A stretch of DNA of 37,587 nucleotides from Acidobacteriota bacterium (GCA_041482595.1 JBGPED010000003.1:1-37587); one strand, 5' to 3'; shown: positions 28,712 through 37,587, numbered from the stretch's first letter. Numbers and translations are program-made. Notes: a model not told the origin generated them from the sequence alone.

Positions 28712-30073
28712 ATGGGGGACGGCCACCGTTATATCCCTGCCTCCGACGCGGACCGGGACTCGATGCTCCGGGAGATCGGCGCGCGGAGCATCGACGATCT
28801 CTTCGCCACGATTCCGCCCGCGCTCCGCCTGAAGGGGCCGCTGGCGCTCGCGGCGGCCCTGTCGGAGCAGGAGCTCCTCCTGGAAATGTCCCGGAGGGCG
28901 AGCGACACCCGTCAGCCCCATCCGGGCGCGCAATTCCTGGGAGGCGGGGCCTACCGGCACCACAGTCCCGCTCTCGTCGATCACCTGATCTCGCGGACCG
29001 AGTTCTACTCCTCCTACACGCCGTACCAGCCGGAGATCAGCCAGGGGACGCTGCAGGCGATCTTCGAGTTCCAGACGCTCGTCTGCCAGCTCACCGAGCT
29101 GGAGATCTCCAACGCCTCGATGTACGACGGGGCGTCGGCCCTGGCCGAGGCGATCCTGATGGCCGAGAGGATGACGCACCGCGGGCGCGTGGTCGCGTCC
29201 GACCGGCTGCACCCGGAGTATCTTCAGGTGTGCAGGACCTATCTCGCCAACCTCGACATCGATCTCGCGCTGTTCGGCTCGCGCCCGGACGGCAGCGCCG
29301 ACCCGCAGGCGGCGCGCCGGGCGTTGCGCGAAGGGAAGGCGGGCGCCGTGGTCGTGCAGCACCCGAACTTCTTCGGCTGCCTGGAGGAGATCGAGACATT
29401 CGCGGCGGCGGCGCACGAGGCCGGGGCCCACCTGATCGTCGCCGTCACCGAGCCGATCTCCCTGGGCCTCCTGAAGGGGCCCGGGGGGCAGGGGGCGGAC
29501 ATCGTCGTGGGGGAGGGACATTCGTTCGGCGTGCCGCTGTCGTACGGCGGCCCGTATCTCGGTTTCCTGGCGGCGCGGCGGGCCTTCCTGCGCAACATGC
29601 CCGGGCGGATCGTCGGGGAGACGCGCGACGTGGACGGACGGCGCGGCTACGTGCTGACACTGTCGACGCGCGAGCAGCACATCCGCCGCGAGAAGGCGAC
29701 CTCCAACATCTGCACCAACGAAGGGCTGTGCGCCCTGATCGCCTCGATCTTCATGGCGGTCACCGGGCGGGCGGGTTTGCGCGAGCTGGCTCTGCACAAT
29801 CACGCCAAGGCGGCCTATGCCCGCGGGACCATCGCCGCGGCACGGGGGTGCAGCGTGCCGTACGCCGCCCCCGTGTTCAACGAGTTCACCGTCCGCCTGC
29901 CGGTTCCCGCGGAGCAGGCGGTGCGTCAGCTCCTGGACCGCGGCCTGGTCCCCGGGATCCCCCTGTCGCGCTACTTCCCCGGGATGGAGCGCGACCTGCT
30001 GGTCTGCGTGACCGAGACCAACCCCCGCGCCGAGATCGACCGGCTGGCCGACGAGCTCGGGAGGCTGTCGTGA
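28712..30073 (+). CDS. gcvPA: Glycine dehydrogenase (decarboxylating) subunit 1
   Basis: [49 protein letters not shown]. Confidence 0.97.
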   Translation: MGDGHRYIPASDADRDSMLREIGARSIDDLFATIPPALRLKGPLALAAALSEQELLLEMSRRASDTRQPHPGAQFLGGGAYRHHSPALVDHLISRTEFYSSYTPYQPEISQGTLQAIFEFQTLVCQLTELEISNASMYDGASALAEAILMAERMTHRGRVVASDRLHPEYLQVCRTYLANLDIDLALFGSRPDGSADPQAARRALREGKAGAVVVQHPNFFGCLEEIETFAAAAHEAGAHLIVAVTEPISLGLLKGPGGQGADIVVGEGHSFGVPLSYGGPYLGFLAARRAFLRNMPGRIVGETRDVDGRRGYVLTLSTREQHIRREKATSNICTNEGLCALIASIFMAVTGRAGLRELALHNHAKAAYARGTIAAARGCSVPYAAPVFNEFTVRLPVPAEQAVRQLLDRGLVPGIPLSRYFPGMERDLLVCVTETNPRAEIDRLADELGRLS

Positions 30074-31551
30074 CGGACACGCGCAACCTGCGCGCGCCGG
30101 AAAAGCTCCTGTTCGAGCTGTCCAGACCGGGACGGCGCGGCTTCGCGCTGCCGCCCCTGGACGTCCCGTCCGGGGACAGCGCGGCGCTCGATCCGCGCTA
30201 CACGCGCGACGGGATCGAGGGTTTCCCCGAGCTGAGCGAGGTCGAGATCGTGCGGCACTACACCCGGCTGTCGCGCCTCAATTACGCGATCGATCTCGGA
30301 CTGTATCCCCTGGGCTCGTGCACCATGAAGTACAACCCTAAAGTCCACGAGACGGTGGCGCGCCTGGCCGGCTTCGCGGAGTCCCACCCGCAGCTTCCCG
30401 CGGCCGCCGCCCAGGGCTGCCTGCGCCTCATGCACGACCTGGAACGGGCGCTGTGCGCCATCTGCGGCATGGACCGGTTCACCCTGCAGCCCGCCGCCGG
30501 GGCGCAGGGAGAGCTGGCGGGAATCATGATGGCGCGGGCGTACCATCGCGAGCGTGGCAACCCGCGCCAGGTGGTCCTGATCCCGGATTCGGCGCACGGC
30601 ACGAACCCCGCGAGCGCGCACATCGCGGGCTACCGCGTCGAGCAGCTCCCTTCCAACGAGCGCGGCTGCGTGGACCTGGCCGCGCTCCGACGCCGCATGT
30701 CGGGGGACATCGCCCTTCTCATGCTGACCAATCCCAACACGCTGGGCGTCTTCGAAGGGGAGATCCAGGAGGTCGCCTCGGTGGTCCACGCCGGCGGCGC
30801 CCTCCTCTACATGGATGGCGCCAATCTCAACGCCTTCGTCGGCGTCGCGCGTCCCGGAGACATGGGGGTCGACCTGCACCATCTCAACCTCCACAAGACC
30901 TTCTCGACCCCGCACGGCGGGGGAGGGCCGGGGGCGGGGCCGGTCGGCGTGAAGCGTCATCTCGAGCCGTACCTGCCGGTGCCGACCGTCGAAAAGGAGG
31001 GGGAGACCTTCGTCCTGCGCCACGACCGGCCGAAGAGCATCGGCAAGGTCCGATCCTTCTTCGGCAACTTCGGGATGTTCGTGCGCGCCTTCGCGTACAT
31101 CCTGGCGCTGGGACCCGACGGGCTCAGACGCATGGCGGAGACCGCCGTTCTCAACGCCAACTATCTCCGCCGCAAGCTCGAGTCCACCTACCACCTGCCC
31201 TACGATGCGCCGTCCCTGCACGAGGTCGTGTTCTCCGATCGCAACCTGGAGGACACCGGCGTGCACACTCTCGACATCGCCAAGCGCCTCATGGACTACG
31301 GCTTCCACCCCCCGACGATCTATTTCCCGCTGATCGTCAAGGGTGCCTTGATGATCGAGCCGACCGAAAGCGAAAGCCGGGAGGAGCTCGACGCGTTCGT
31401 CGACGCGATGCATCGCATCAACGAAGAAGCGCGCTCGAATCCCGAGATCGTCCGCACGGCCCCCCATACGACGCCGGTGCGGAGGCTCGACGAAGTCGGC
31501 GCCGCCCGCAATCCCGTCATCCGCTGGATGCCGCCTCAAGAGCGGCGCTAG
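30070..31551 (+). CDS. gcvPB: Glycine dehydrogenase (decarboxylating) subunit 2
   Basis: [63 protein letters not shown] overlaps the gcvPA stop. Confidence 0.97.
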   Translation: MTDTRNLRAPEKLLFELSRPGRRGFALPPLDVPSGDSAALDPRYTRDGIEGFPELSEVEIVRHYTRLSRLNYAIDLGLYPLGSCTMKYNPKVHETVARLAGFAESHPQLPAAAAQGCLRLMHDLERALCAICGMDRFTLQPAAGAQGELAGIMMARAYHRERGNPRQVVLIPDSAHGTNPASAHIAGYRVEQLPSNERGCVDLAALRRRMSGDIALLMLTNPNTLGVFEGEIQEVASVVHAGGALLYMDGANLNAFVGVARPGDMGVDLHHLNLHKTFSTPHGGGGPGAGPVGVKRHLEPYLPVPTVEKEGETFVLRHDRPKSIGKVRSFFGNFGMFVRAFAYILALGPDGLRRMAETAVLNANYLRRKLESTYHLPYDAPSLHEVVFSDRNLEDTGVHTLDIAKRLMDYGFHPPTIYFPLIVKGALMIEPTESESREELDAFVDAMHRINEEARSNPEIVRTAPHTTPVRRLDEVGAARNPVIRWMPPQERR

Positions 31552-31617
31552 CAGGCGTCGGAATTCCCCTTGCGGAGCCGTGCCCCGCGGGGTAGTTCCG
31601 GGCGGCAGGCCTCCGCC

Positions 31618-31899
31618 TCAGTTCAGGAGGACTCCGGCGGGCAGGCACTTGATGACCATGTTCTGGAACAGACGCATCTGGCAGCCGAGGGCTTCGACCT
31701 CGTTGCCGGTCTTGCGGGAGACGTAGCGGAAGGCGCAGTTGCGGCAGTCGCCGTTCCAGCAGTACTTGCTGTAGGCCAGCTCGAGGTTCATGAACTGCAG
31801 GACGCGCAGGAGCGTGTTGTTCTCGGGCACCTCGTAGTTCGTGCCGTTGATGGTGACCGTGATCAGCTTTTCGTAGGCTTCGAGGACCGCAGATTCCAT
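31618..31899 (-). CDS. Stand-alone [2Fe-2S] ferredoxin-like protein (Fer2_4 type)
   Basis: ITVTING..YEVPEN.TLL, CWNGDCRNC...GC gives a Cx4Cx2C...C pattern. GGAG upstream of ATG 31899; promoter TTGCTC-17-TAAATT (31966..31938). Confidence 0.85.
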   Translation of the reverse strand: MESAVLEAYEKLITVTINGTNYEVPENNTLLRVLQFMNLELAYSKYCWNGDCRNCAFRYVSRKTGNEVEALGCQMRLFQNMVIKCLPAGVLLN

Positions 31900-32011
31900 G
31901 ACGCGCGCCGTCTCCGTTGTCCGCAGTGGCCGCTGAAAATTTAGGGCTGCCGGGGCGCGGGAGCAAGGGAACGGACGCACGGGAGAGGGGAGCGGCGGCC
32001 CCGAGCGGCGT

Positions 32012-32608
32012 TCAGGAGAGCGCGGGAGGGGCGGGAAGCAGGCCGTGCAGGCGGAGATGCGGGTACAGGCGCTCGAGAGGCAGACCGATGACGTTCGTGT
32101 AACTGCCGGCGATCGACTCGATGAACAGCGCGCCGATGCCCTGCAGGGCGTAGGCCCCCGCCTTGTCCATGCCCTCGCCCGTGTCCGCGTACCAGTCGAT
32201 CTCCCGGTCCGAAAGCGGGGCGAAAGTGACGCGCGACACCGCCCGCTCGCAGGTGATCGTCTCCTCCGGCAGCGTGCGCAGCGCCATCGCCGTCGTCACT
32301 TCGTGCACGCGCCCGGAGAGCCGCCGGAGCATCTGCCGGGCCTCCGCGCGGTCGCGCGGCTTGCCCAGGACCGCGCCCGCCACCGCCACCACCGTGTCCG
32401 CCCCGATCGCCAGGGCGGGGAAGGACACCGCGGGCAGGGCCAGGACCTTGGCGCGCGCCAGACGCTCCGCCAGGTCGCCCGGGGCCTCGTCCGGAAAAGG
32501 CGTCTCGTCCACGTCGGACGGCCGCACCGTGAACTCGAGGCCGGCGTGGCGCAGGAGATCGGCCCTTCGGGGCGAAGCGGAGACCAGGAGGATCGATCGG
32601 GACGGCAT
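32012..32608 (-). CDS. maf: Maf family nucleoside triphosphate pyrophosphatase (YhdE type)
   Basis: SASPRR, DVDE, LARAK, GADTVV, LGKP, LSGRVHEV, DKAGAYALQG, NVIGLP. Confidence 0.95.
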   Translation of the reverse strand: MPSRSILLVSASPRRADLLRHAGLEFTVRPSDVDETPFPDEAPGDLAERLARAKVLALPAVSFPALAIGADTVVAVAGAVLGKPRDRAEARQMLRRLSGRVHEVTTAMALRTLPEETITCERAVSRVTFAPLSDREIDWYADTGEGMDKAGAYALQGIGALFIESIAGSYTNVIGLPLERLYPHLRLHGLLPAPPALS

Positions 32609-32621
32609 CGGGACGGCCGTC

Positions 32622-32894
32622 TCAGAGCCGGCGGAAGAAAATGACCAGCGCGGCGAGGGCCGCGAGGGCGCCGAGCACGGTCAGACGCAGCACGACACCC
32701 GCCGTCAGGGTCACCACGCGGAACTCGAGCTCCAGGGGCGTGGTCGTGCCGACGGTGATCCCCGCCGACATGAACCGCCCGGCGGCCGAGTCGGGGAACG
32801 CCTTCCCCAGGAGGTCGCCCAGGGCCGTGCCGGCCATCGCGGCCAGCAGGACGATGACCACCAGGTGCCAGAACTGCAGGCCGGAGCGCGGCAT
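32622..32894 (-). CDS. DUF4321-like small membrane protein
   Basis: Two hydrophobic helices around GTTTPLELEFRVVTLTAG, directly upstream of maf. Family recognised from pattern and synteny only. Confidence 0.7.
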   Translation of the reverse strand: MPRSGLQFWHLVVIVLLAAMAGTALGDLLGKAFPDSAAGRFMSAGITVGTTTPLELEFRVVTLTAGVVLRLTVLGALAALAALVIFFRRL

Positions 32895-33188
32895 TCAGAA
32901 CCCCACGTGCTTGGCGGCGTCGTCCACGCCGGCGATCTCGCCGAAGCTCTTCTCGTACTGCTCGATGTTCTGGGTCAGGGCCCGGCAGAGCTGCTTGGCG
33001 TGGAGCGGTGTCGTCAGGATGCGGGTGAGAATCTTGACCTCCGGCCTCCCCGGCACGATGCGTCCGAGATCGAGGATGAACTCGGAGCGGTTGTGCACGA
33101 TGCTGCCGAAATTCACATAGACGCCCTCGGCCACGGCGTCGTCGATCCGGACGCGCAGCTGAATCTCCTGCGGTGGCTGGTTCTCCAT
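32895..33188 (-). CDS. DUF3467-like protein
   Basis: AEGVYVNFGSIVHNRSEFILDL...RILTTPLHAKQL..AL..NI..YEK.FGEI. AGGAGG SD upstream of ATG 33188. Confidence 0.85.
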   Translation of the reverse strand: MENQPPQEIQLRVRIDDAVAEGVYVNFGSIVHNRSEFILDLGRIVPGRPEVKILTRILTTPLHAKQLCRALTQNIEQYEKSFGEIAGVDDAAKHVGF

Positions 33189-33279
33189 CGGGCGGTTCCT
33201 CCTGGACGGGTGGAGAGCCCGGAACATCCGGGCCGGCATCCACTCTAGCGGATCGATGCCGGGGCGCGCAACGCGGTGT

Positions 33280-33308
33280 TTGACCGGCCCCGGGGTCGAC
33301 CCTATAAT
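33280..33308 (+). promoter_or_regulatory. Near-consensus sigma70 promoter for the selenoprotein-cytochrome gene
   Basis: TTGACC(33280-33285)-17nt-TATAAT(33303-33308). A divergent TTGCGC-18-TAGAGT faces DUF3467. Confidence 0.75.
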
Positions 33309-33359
33309 TCCCGGACCCTGCGGCGCATGTGTTCCGGCCGTTTGGACGGGGATGCCTTG

Positions 33360-34850
33360 ATGCGCTCGAGCCGCTCTGCCGCCTTGTTGCTGGTCGTCGT
33401 CGGGACGATCGCCGCTCCGACGGCCGCTCCCCCGGAACAGTCGATCCCGGCGCCGTCGCCGCCGGCCGCCCTGCCTCCACCTCTCCCGGCCGGCCCCGCG
33501 CCCGATCTGGATCTCCTGTTCACCGCCGAGGTGGCCGGTTACGTCGAACCCTGCGGCTGACCGCACAACCCTCGAGGAGGGCTGGCCCGGCGGGCCGGTT
33601 ACCGCAACGTCTTCAACACGAACTACCCGGCCACGCCGATCCTGTGGGCCGACACGGGCGACTTCACCGGCGATCCCACCGAACAGGGGAAGATGCAGAC
33701 CGACGCGCTGATCGAGGGGATGAACGCCCTCGGGTACAAGGTCGCCAACCTGTCGCAGCGGGAGCTGTCGCACGGCTACGACTTGTTCCTCGATCGCCGG
33801 AAGAAGGCGCGGTTCGAATTCATTTCCGCCAACGTCGTGTGGCAGGACACCGGGGAGCCGGTCGCGTCCCCGACGACCGTCGTCCGCGTGCCCCTGCGCG
33901 ACGGCGCCAGGGTGAAGGACGTGCGCATCGGATTCATCGGCCTGACCCGCAACGACCCCGCATTTCAGAAAGAGGGACCCGCGGGCCGGCGCATCGTCAC
34001 GGTGGACGCCCTCGCGGCCGCGGAGAAGCACGTGCCGGCGCTCAAGCAGAAGGCCGACATCGTCGTGGCGCTCGTTGCCCTCGGCCTCGAGCAGGCGCGG
34101 CAGCTGCCGAAGAGGGTGAAGGACATCGATCTCGTCGTCGGCGCCGATTCCACTCCCGGAAGGACCGGGATGATCACGCGCACCGATGATTTCCCCGAGG
34201 ACACGCAGTTCGGCCGCACACGACTGCTCTTCGCCGGAGACCAGGGCAAGGTCCTGGGCGAGGTGCGTCTCTTCTTCGACGCGAAGAGGACGGTCGCCTC
34301 GACGCAGCGGGCCATCATCCAGCTGACCCGTGAATGGCCCGACGATCCGAAGGTCGCCGAGGTCATGGAGCGGGTCAAGGTGGGCATCAACGAGTACAAC
34401 AAGCAGAAGACGCTGGCGGAGAGCCCCTTCGCGGCCCCGGCCGCCACCCCGGCGCCGCAGGAGGCGGCCTTCACCGGCTCCGATCGCTGCGCCACGTGCC
34501 ACGAGAAGGCCTTCGCCGTGTGGGCGAAGAGCGGCCACGCGCGCGCCTTCGAGACGCTGGTGCGCGCGAAGCAGGACTTCAACCCGAAATGCCTCCCCTG
34601 TCACACCATCGGTTACAACCAGAAGGGCGGCTACGTGAACCCCCAGGCGACACCGCTCTTCGAGAACGTGGGCTGCGAAGCCTGCCACGGCCCTTCGAGC
34701 CGGCACCCCGAGCCGATGCAGTCGGGCTACGGCAAGGTTGACGTCTCCTTCTGCGTCACCTGCCACACCCGGGAGAACTCCCCCGACTACGTGCCGGCCG
34801 AGTACATCCCCAAGGTCATCCACTGGGACGAGCCCAAGACCGGCCACTGA
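33360..34850 (+). CDS. Predicted exported selenoprotein: UshA/5'-nucleotidase-like domain with a C-G-U motif fused to a tetraheme cytochrome c (c554-like); in-frame TGA at 33558-33560
   Basis: ORFs ending at 33560 and starting at 33693 share a frame, with only one TGA between them: ..LFTAEVAGYVEPCG*PHNPRGGLARRA..ILWADTGDF... Signal peptide at the N-terminus and four CxxCH motifs at the C-terminus. Confidence 0.85.
33552..33606 (+). promoter_or_regulatory. Candidate bacterial SECIS element
   Basis: Hairpin GGCTGGCCC-GGC-GGGCCGGTT (33580-33600) with a loop G 29 nt after the TGA. Alternative lower stem TGCGG.TGACC/GGTTA.CCGCA. Confidence 0.55.
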
Positions 34851-34872
34851 CCCGACACGGGATCCCCGTTCC

Positions 34873-34901
34873 TTGACCTCCCCCGGCGCGGCGTATACCT
34901 T
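34873..34901 (+). promoter_or_regulatory. Putative sigma70 promoter for ruvX-mltG (leaderless)
   Basis: TTGACC(34873-34878)-17nt-TACCTT(34896-34901), with the ATG 6 nt downstream. Confidence 0.55.
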
Positions 34902-34907
34902 ACGGCC

Positions 34908-35381
34908 ATGAGCGACTCCACGGCCGGAAAGGCGGGAAGGGGCGGCGGCGCGGGGCGCACGCTGGGCCTCGATTACGGGGACCGGAGGATCGGCATCGCC
35001 CTCAGCGACGAACTGGGTCTCACGGCCCGGCCTCTCATGACCCTGGCGCGCACCACCTGGCCCGCGGATCTGGAGCGGCTCAGAGCCCTCGTCCGCGATC
35101 ACGACGTGCGCCGCATCGTGGTCGGAATGCCCCTGGACATGGACGGCCGACGAGGAGGACGCGCCCGGCTGACCGGGACGATCATCGAAAAGATCCGCGG
35201 CGCCACCTCCCTGCCGGTCATCGAGTGGGACGAGCGGCTCACCACGGTTCAGGCCGAGAGAATCCTCATTTCGGGCGATGTGAGCCGGGCCCGCCGCCGC
35301 AAGGTGATCGACCAGGTCGCGGCGGTCATTCTCCTGCAGGCGTGGCTGGACGCGCAGCATGTGGGGGGGACGCCGGAATGA
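34908..35381 (+). CDS. ruvX: Holliday junction resolvase-like / pre-16S rRNA nuclease RuvX (YqgF)
   Basis: LGLDYGDRRIGIALSD, IVVGMP..MDG, WDERLTT, IDQVAAVILLQAWLD. Confidence 0.96.
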   Translation: MSDSTAGKAGRGGGAGRTLGLDYGDRRIGIALSDELGLTARPLMTLARTTWPADLERLRALVRDHDVRRIVVGMPLDMDGRRGGRARLTGTIIEKIRGATSLPVIEWDERLTTVQAERILISGDVSRARRRKVIDQVAAVILLQAWLDAQHVGGTPE

Positions 35382-36460
35382 AGCGCTGGCCCGCGTGGCT
35401 CCGCGATCACTGGTTCCTGGGCATGACCGGGATCGTCCTGCTGGTCCTGCTCCTCACCGTCTCGGCCCACATCTTCCTGTGGGCGTCGATCCCCTACCGG
35501 GGGTACGGTGCTTCGTACGCCATGTTCGAGATCCCCGAAGGCACCGGCGCGGCGCGCGCCATCGAGATCTTCGAGGAGCACGGGGTCATCCAGAGATCGC
35601 CCCTCGCGCTCGCCTACCTGCGCCTGACGGGACGGACCCACGGCCTGAAGGCGGGAGAGTACTCGTTCACGCGCCCGATGACGCCCGGAGAGGTGTTCGA
35701 CAAGATGATCTCCGGAGACGTGTTCTATCACCGCGTGACCATTCCCGAGGGGGTCCGCTCCGACGAGGTGTTCGCGCAGTTCGTGCGGGCGGGATTCGGC
35801 ACCGAGGACGAGTACCGCCTGGTGTTCCGGGACACGTCTCCGATCGCCGATCTCGACGCGGAGGCGACCGACCTCGAGGGATACCTGTTCCCGGACACCT
35901 ACAGCCTGCAGAAGGGAACCACGCCGAAAGCGATCGTCGCCATGATGGTGGCGCGCTTTCGCGAGGTGTTCCAGCCCTCCTGGGTCGCGCGGGTGACGGA
36001 GCGGGGCCTGACGGTCCGGGAGGCCACGGCTCTCGCCTCGATGGTGGAGTGGGAGACGGCGCAGGCCGACGAGAACGCCCTCGTGGCTTCGGTCTTCTAC
36101 AACCGGCTGCGTCTCGGGATGCGACTGCAGTGCGATCCGACCGTGATCTACGCGCTCGCCATGCGGAACGCCTTCGACGGGAACATCCGGAAGGAGGATC
36201 TGAGGATCGATTCGCGCTACAACACCTACCGCTACTCCGGCCTGCCGCCCGGTCCGATCGGCAATCCCGGGGCGGCCGCCCTGCAGGCGGCCGTCGCGCC
36301 GGCCGACACGAGCTTCCTCTACTTCGTCTCCATGAACACCGGCCGGCACTTCTTCTCGAAGACCCTCAACGAGCACAACCGCGCGGTGTGGCAGTACCAG
36401 GTCCGGCCGTTCAGGCTGCGGAAGGCGTCGCGCTCGGTCTCGGGAGTCCGTGGAAATTGA
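35378..36460 (+). CDS. mltG: Endolytic transglycosylase MltG
   Basis: N-terminal TM, LKAGEY, TIPEG, LEGYLFPDTY, LASMVEWE, LQCDPTVIY, YNTY...GLPPGPIGNPG, LYFVS. Confidence 0.96.
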   Translation: MKRWPAWLRDHWFLGMTGIVLLVLLLTVSAHIFLWASIPYRGYGASYAMFEIPEGTGAARAIEIFEEHGVIQRSPLALAYLRLTGRTHGLKAGEYSFTRPMTPGEVFDKMISGDVFYHRVTIPEGVRSDEVFAQFVRAGFGTEDEYRLVFRDTSPIADLDAEATDLEGYLFPDTYSLQKGTTPKAIVAMMVARFREVFQPSWVARVTERGLTVREATALASMVEWETAQADENALVASVFYNRLRLGMRLQCDPTVIYALAMRNAFDGNIRKEDLRIDSRYNTYRYSGLPPGPIGNPGAAALQAAVAPADTSFLYFVSMNTGRHFFSKTLNEHNRAVWQYQVRPFRLRKASRSVSGVRGN

Positions 36461-36629
36461 TCTGCCGGCGCCGTTCCTGGTCCGTGACTCTCTCGGAGAT
36501 GACGCCGCGGATGTCGATCTCGCCCCTCCGGTGGCACTCGAAGTGGAAGCGGCAGAAGCCGAGACGGTAAGCCGGCTCGGAGCAGCGCGCCACCCCGCCC
36601 CAGCTCGTCGTGAATCGGCACCTCTCCAT
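36411..36629 (-). CDS. Small Cys/His-rich hypothetical protein (putative zinc finger)
   Basis: Strong SD GGAGGT upstream of ATG 36629; C-x11-C-x9-C-x2-H; promoter TTGACC(36678..36673)-18-GATACT. Confidence 0.65.
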   Translation of the reverse strand: MERCRFTTSWGGVARCSEPAYRLGFCRFHFECHRRGEIDIRGVISERVTDQERRRQINFHGLPRPSATPSAA

Positions 36630-36707
36630 TCGTTCACCTCCGTCCCGCAGTATCCCGGACGCCGTGCCTTACGGTCAAGCGGGCGCGCCTTCGCGGACAA
36701 GTCGTCG

Positions 36708-36736
36708 TTGACGCGCGCCGGGCGGGGACATACGAT
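36708..36736 (+). promoter_or_regulatory. Putative sigma70 promoter for the 36746 gene
   Basis: TTGACG(36708-36713)-17nt-TACGAT(36731-36736). Confidence 0.65.
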
Positions 36737-36745
36737 CCGCGCGCC

Positions 36746-37459
36746 ATGGGAGGGATCGACCGGCTGGAGGTCATCGCCGCGATCGTCTCGATCGCGGGGC
36801 TCGTCCTGTGTGCCCGCGGATCGTTTCGGCTCGCCCGGGCGGTACGCGCGCGCTTCACCTACGGGGCTCCCTATCGCAGCGGCATGATCCAGGATCGGCT
36901 CCTCGGGCTTCTCCTCGAGATCGTGGTGCTCCTCTTCGGGGTCGTCCTGGGGTTCCTGGCCCTCGGGCAGGCCGATTTCCAGCCGAGCGGATCGACCGTG
37001 AGGGTCGGCCAGATCGAAGCGCGGCGATCCGGCTGGGCGAAGGTTTCGGTCCGCCTCGTCCCGGACCCTCTCTACCCTTCGAGCCGGGTGATGGAACAGG
37101 AGATCGCCGGGGCGCGCTGGGCAGTGGTGGGCGACTTCATCACCTGGGACCGTGGCGTGAAGTGGCTCGGGTTCCGGGACGGCCACCGCGTGCGCTATTT
37201 GATCGGGGCGAGCGACACGACCGGCATGACGCGCGCCGACCACGTCGAGCGCGCGCTCCTCGATCCGCTCCCCCGCGCGGCCGCGCGCCTGTTCTCCGTC
37301 GCGCGATTCATTCCGTTCCTCGAGATCCGAAGCGAGTCCTCCTCCTGGTTCCCCGTGGCCGATCGGCAGGTGATGGTGTTGTACGCCATCGGACCGGGCT
37401 ACCTCGCCGAGGTCGCCTCGGAATCCGGAAAGCCCTCCTCCGCCCCCGCTCGGCCCTGA
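36746..37459 (+). CDS. Hypothetical membrane protein (two N-terminal TM helices plus a soluble beta-rich domain)
   Basis: Hydrophobic segments VIAAIVSIAGLVLCA and LLGLLLEIVVLLFGVVLGFLALG, GC-rich third codon positions, promoter directly upstream. Confidence 0.75.
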   Translation: MGGIDRLEVIAAIVSIAGLVLCARGSFRLARAVRARFTYGAPYRSGMIQDRLLGLLLEIVVLLFGVVLGFLALGQADFQPSGSTVRVGQIEARRSGWAKVSVRLVPDPLYPSSRVMEQEIAGARWAVVGDFITWDRGVKWLGFRDGHRVRYLIGASDTTGMTRADHVERALLDPLPRAAARLFSVARFIPFLEIRSESSSWFPVADRQVMVLYAIGPGYLAEVASESGKPSSAPARP

Positions 37460-37587
37460 GCCGCAAAGAACTCCCTGCTTCGAGTGGCGTGGGGCCCCCC
37501 CTCCGGGGGGGGGTGGGGGGTTAACAAGCACCGCCCCCACGCAATCCCCCCGCCCCGCCGGCAAGACCCCCCCCCCCGGGGGGGGCC

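Noticed and set aside
33276-33560. Independent 94-aa ORF and separate 385-aa cytochrome ORF, or a nonsense pseudogene
   Set aside because: The listed start lies within the promoter, the fold motifs run across the TGA, and the cytochrome part needs the upstream signal peptide. One recoded gene fits better, though a pseudogene is not formally excluded.
37478-37587. G/C homopolymer-rich tail with inverted repeats (GTGGGGG/CCCCCAC); possible terminator, REP element, tRNA or G-quadruplex
   Set aside because: No cloverleaf or U-tract. Long G and C runs at the window edge look like low-quality contig-end sequence and need read-level checking.

Overview
GC-rich bacterial chromosome segment. The GWxTD protein, Oar-like TonB-dependent receptor and general gene content suggest Acidobacteriota (inference). 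Most of it is housekeeping: dnaB, RNase P RNA, an M20/S66 peptidase pair, truA-galE, uppS-cdsA-dxr-rseP-aminotransferase-serA, comEA plus a pseudopilin, ccsA/hemX-hemA-hemC-cobA/hemD, gcvT-H-PA-PB, maf and ruvX-mltG. The best find is a gene the ORF track splits in two (33360..34850). An in-frame TGA in a C-G-U motif, followed by a SECIS-like hairpin, joins a signal peptide, a UshA/5'-nucleotidase-like domain lacking most metal ligands and a tetraheme cytochrome c into one predicted ~496-aa exported selenoprotein with its own near-consensus promoter. Other oddities: a PilB/GspE-like protein with degenerate ATPase and MshEN motifs plus an 8-Cys N-terminal domain; a ~79-nt structured insertion in the RNase P RNA; Ca-binding-like repeats inserted in the TonB receptor; a structured leader before comEA; and a small C-C-C-H protein overlapping mltG. 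No mobile element, tRNA, rRNA or CRISPR array was seen. All family calls come from motif recognition by eye, not from database searches.
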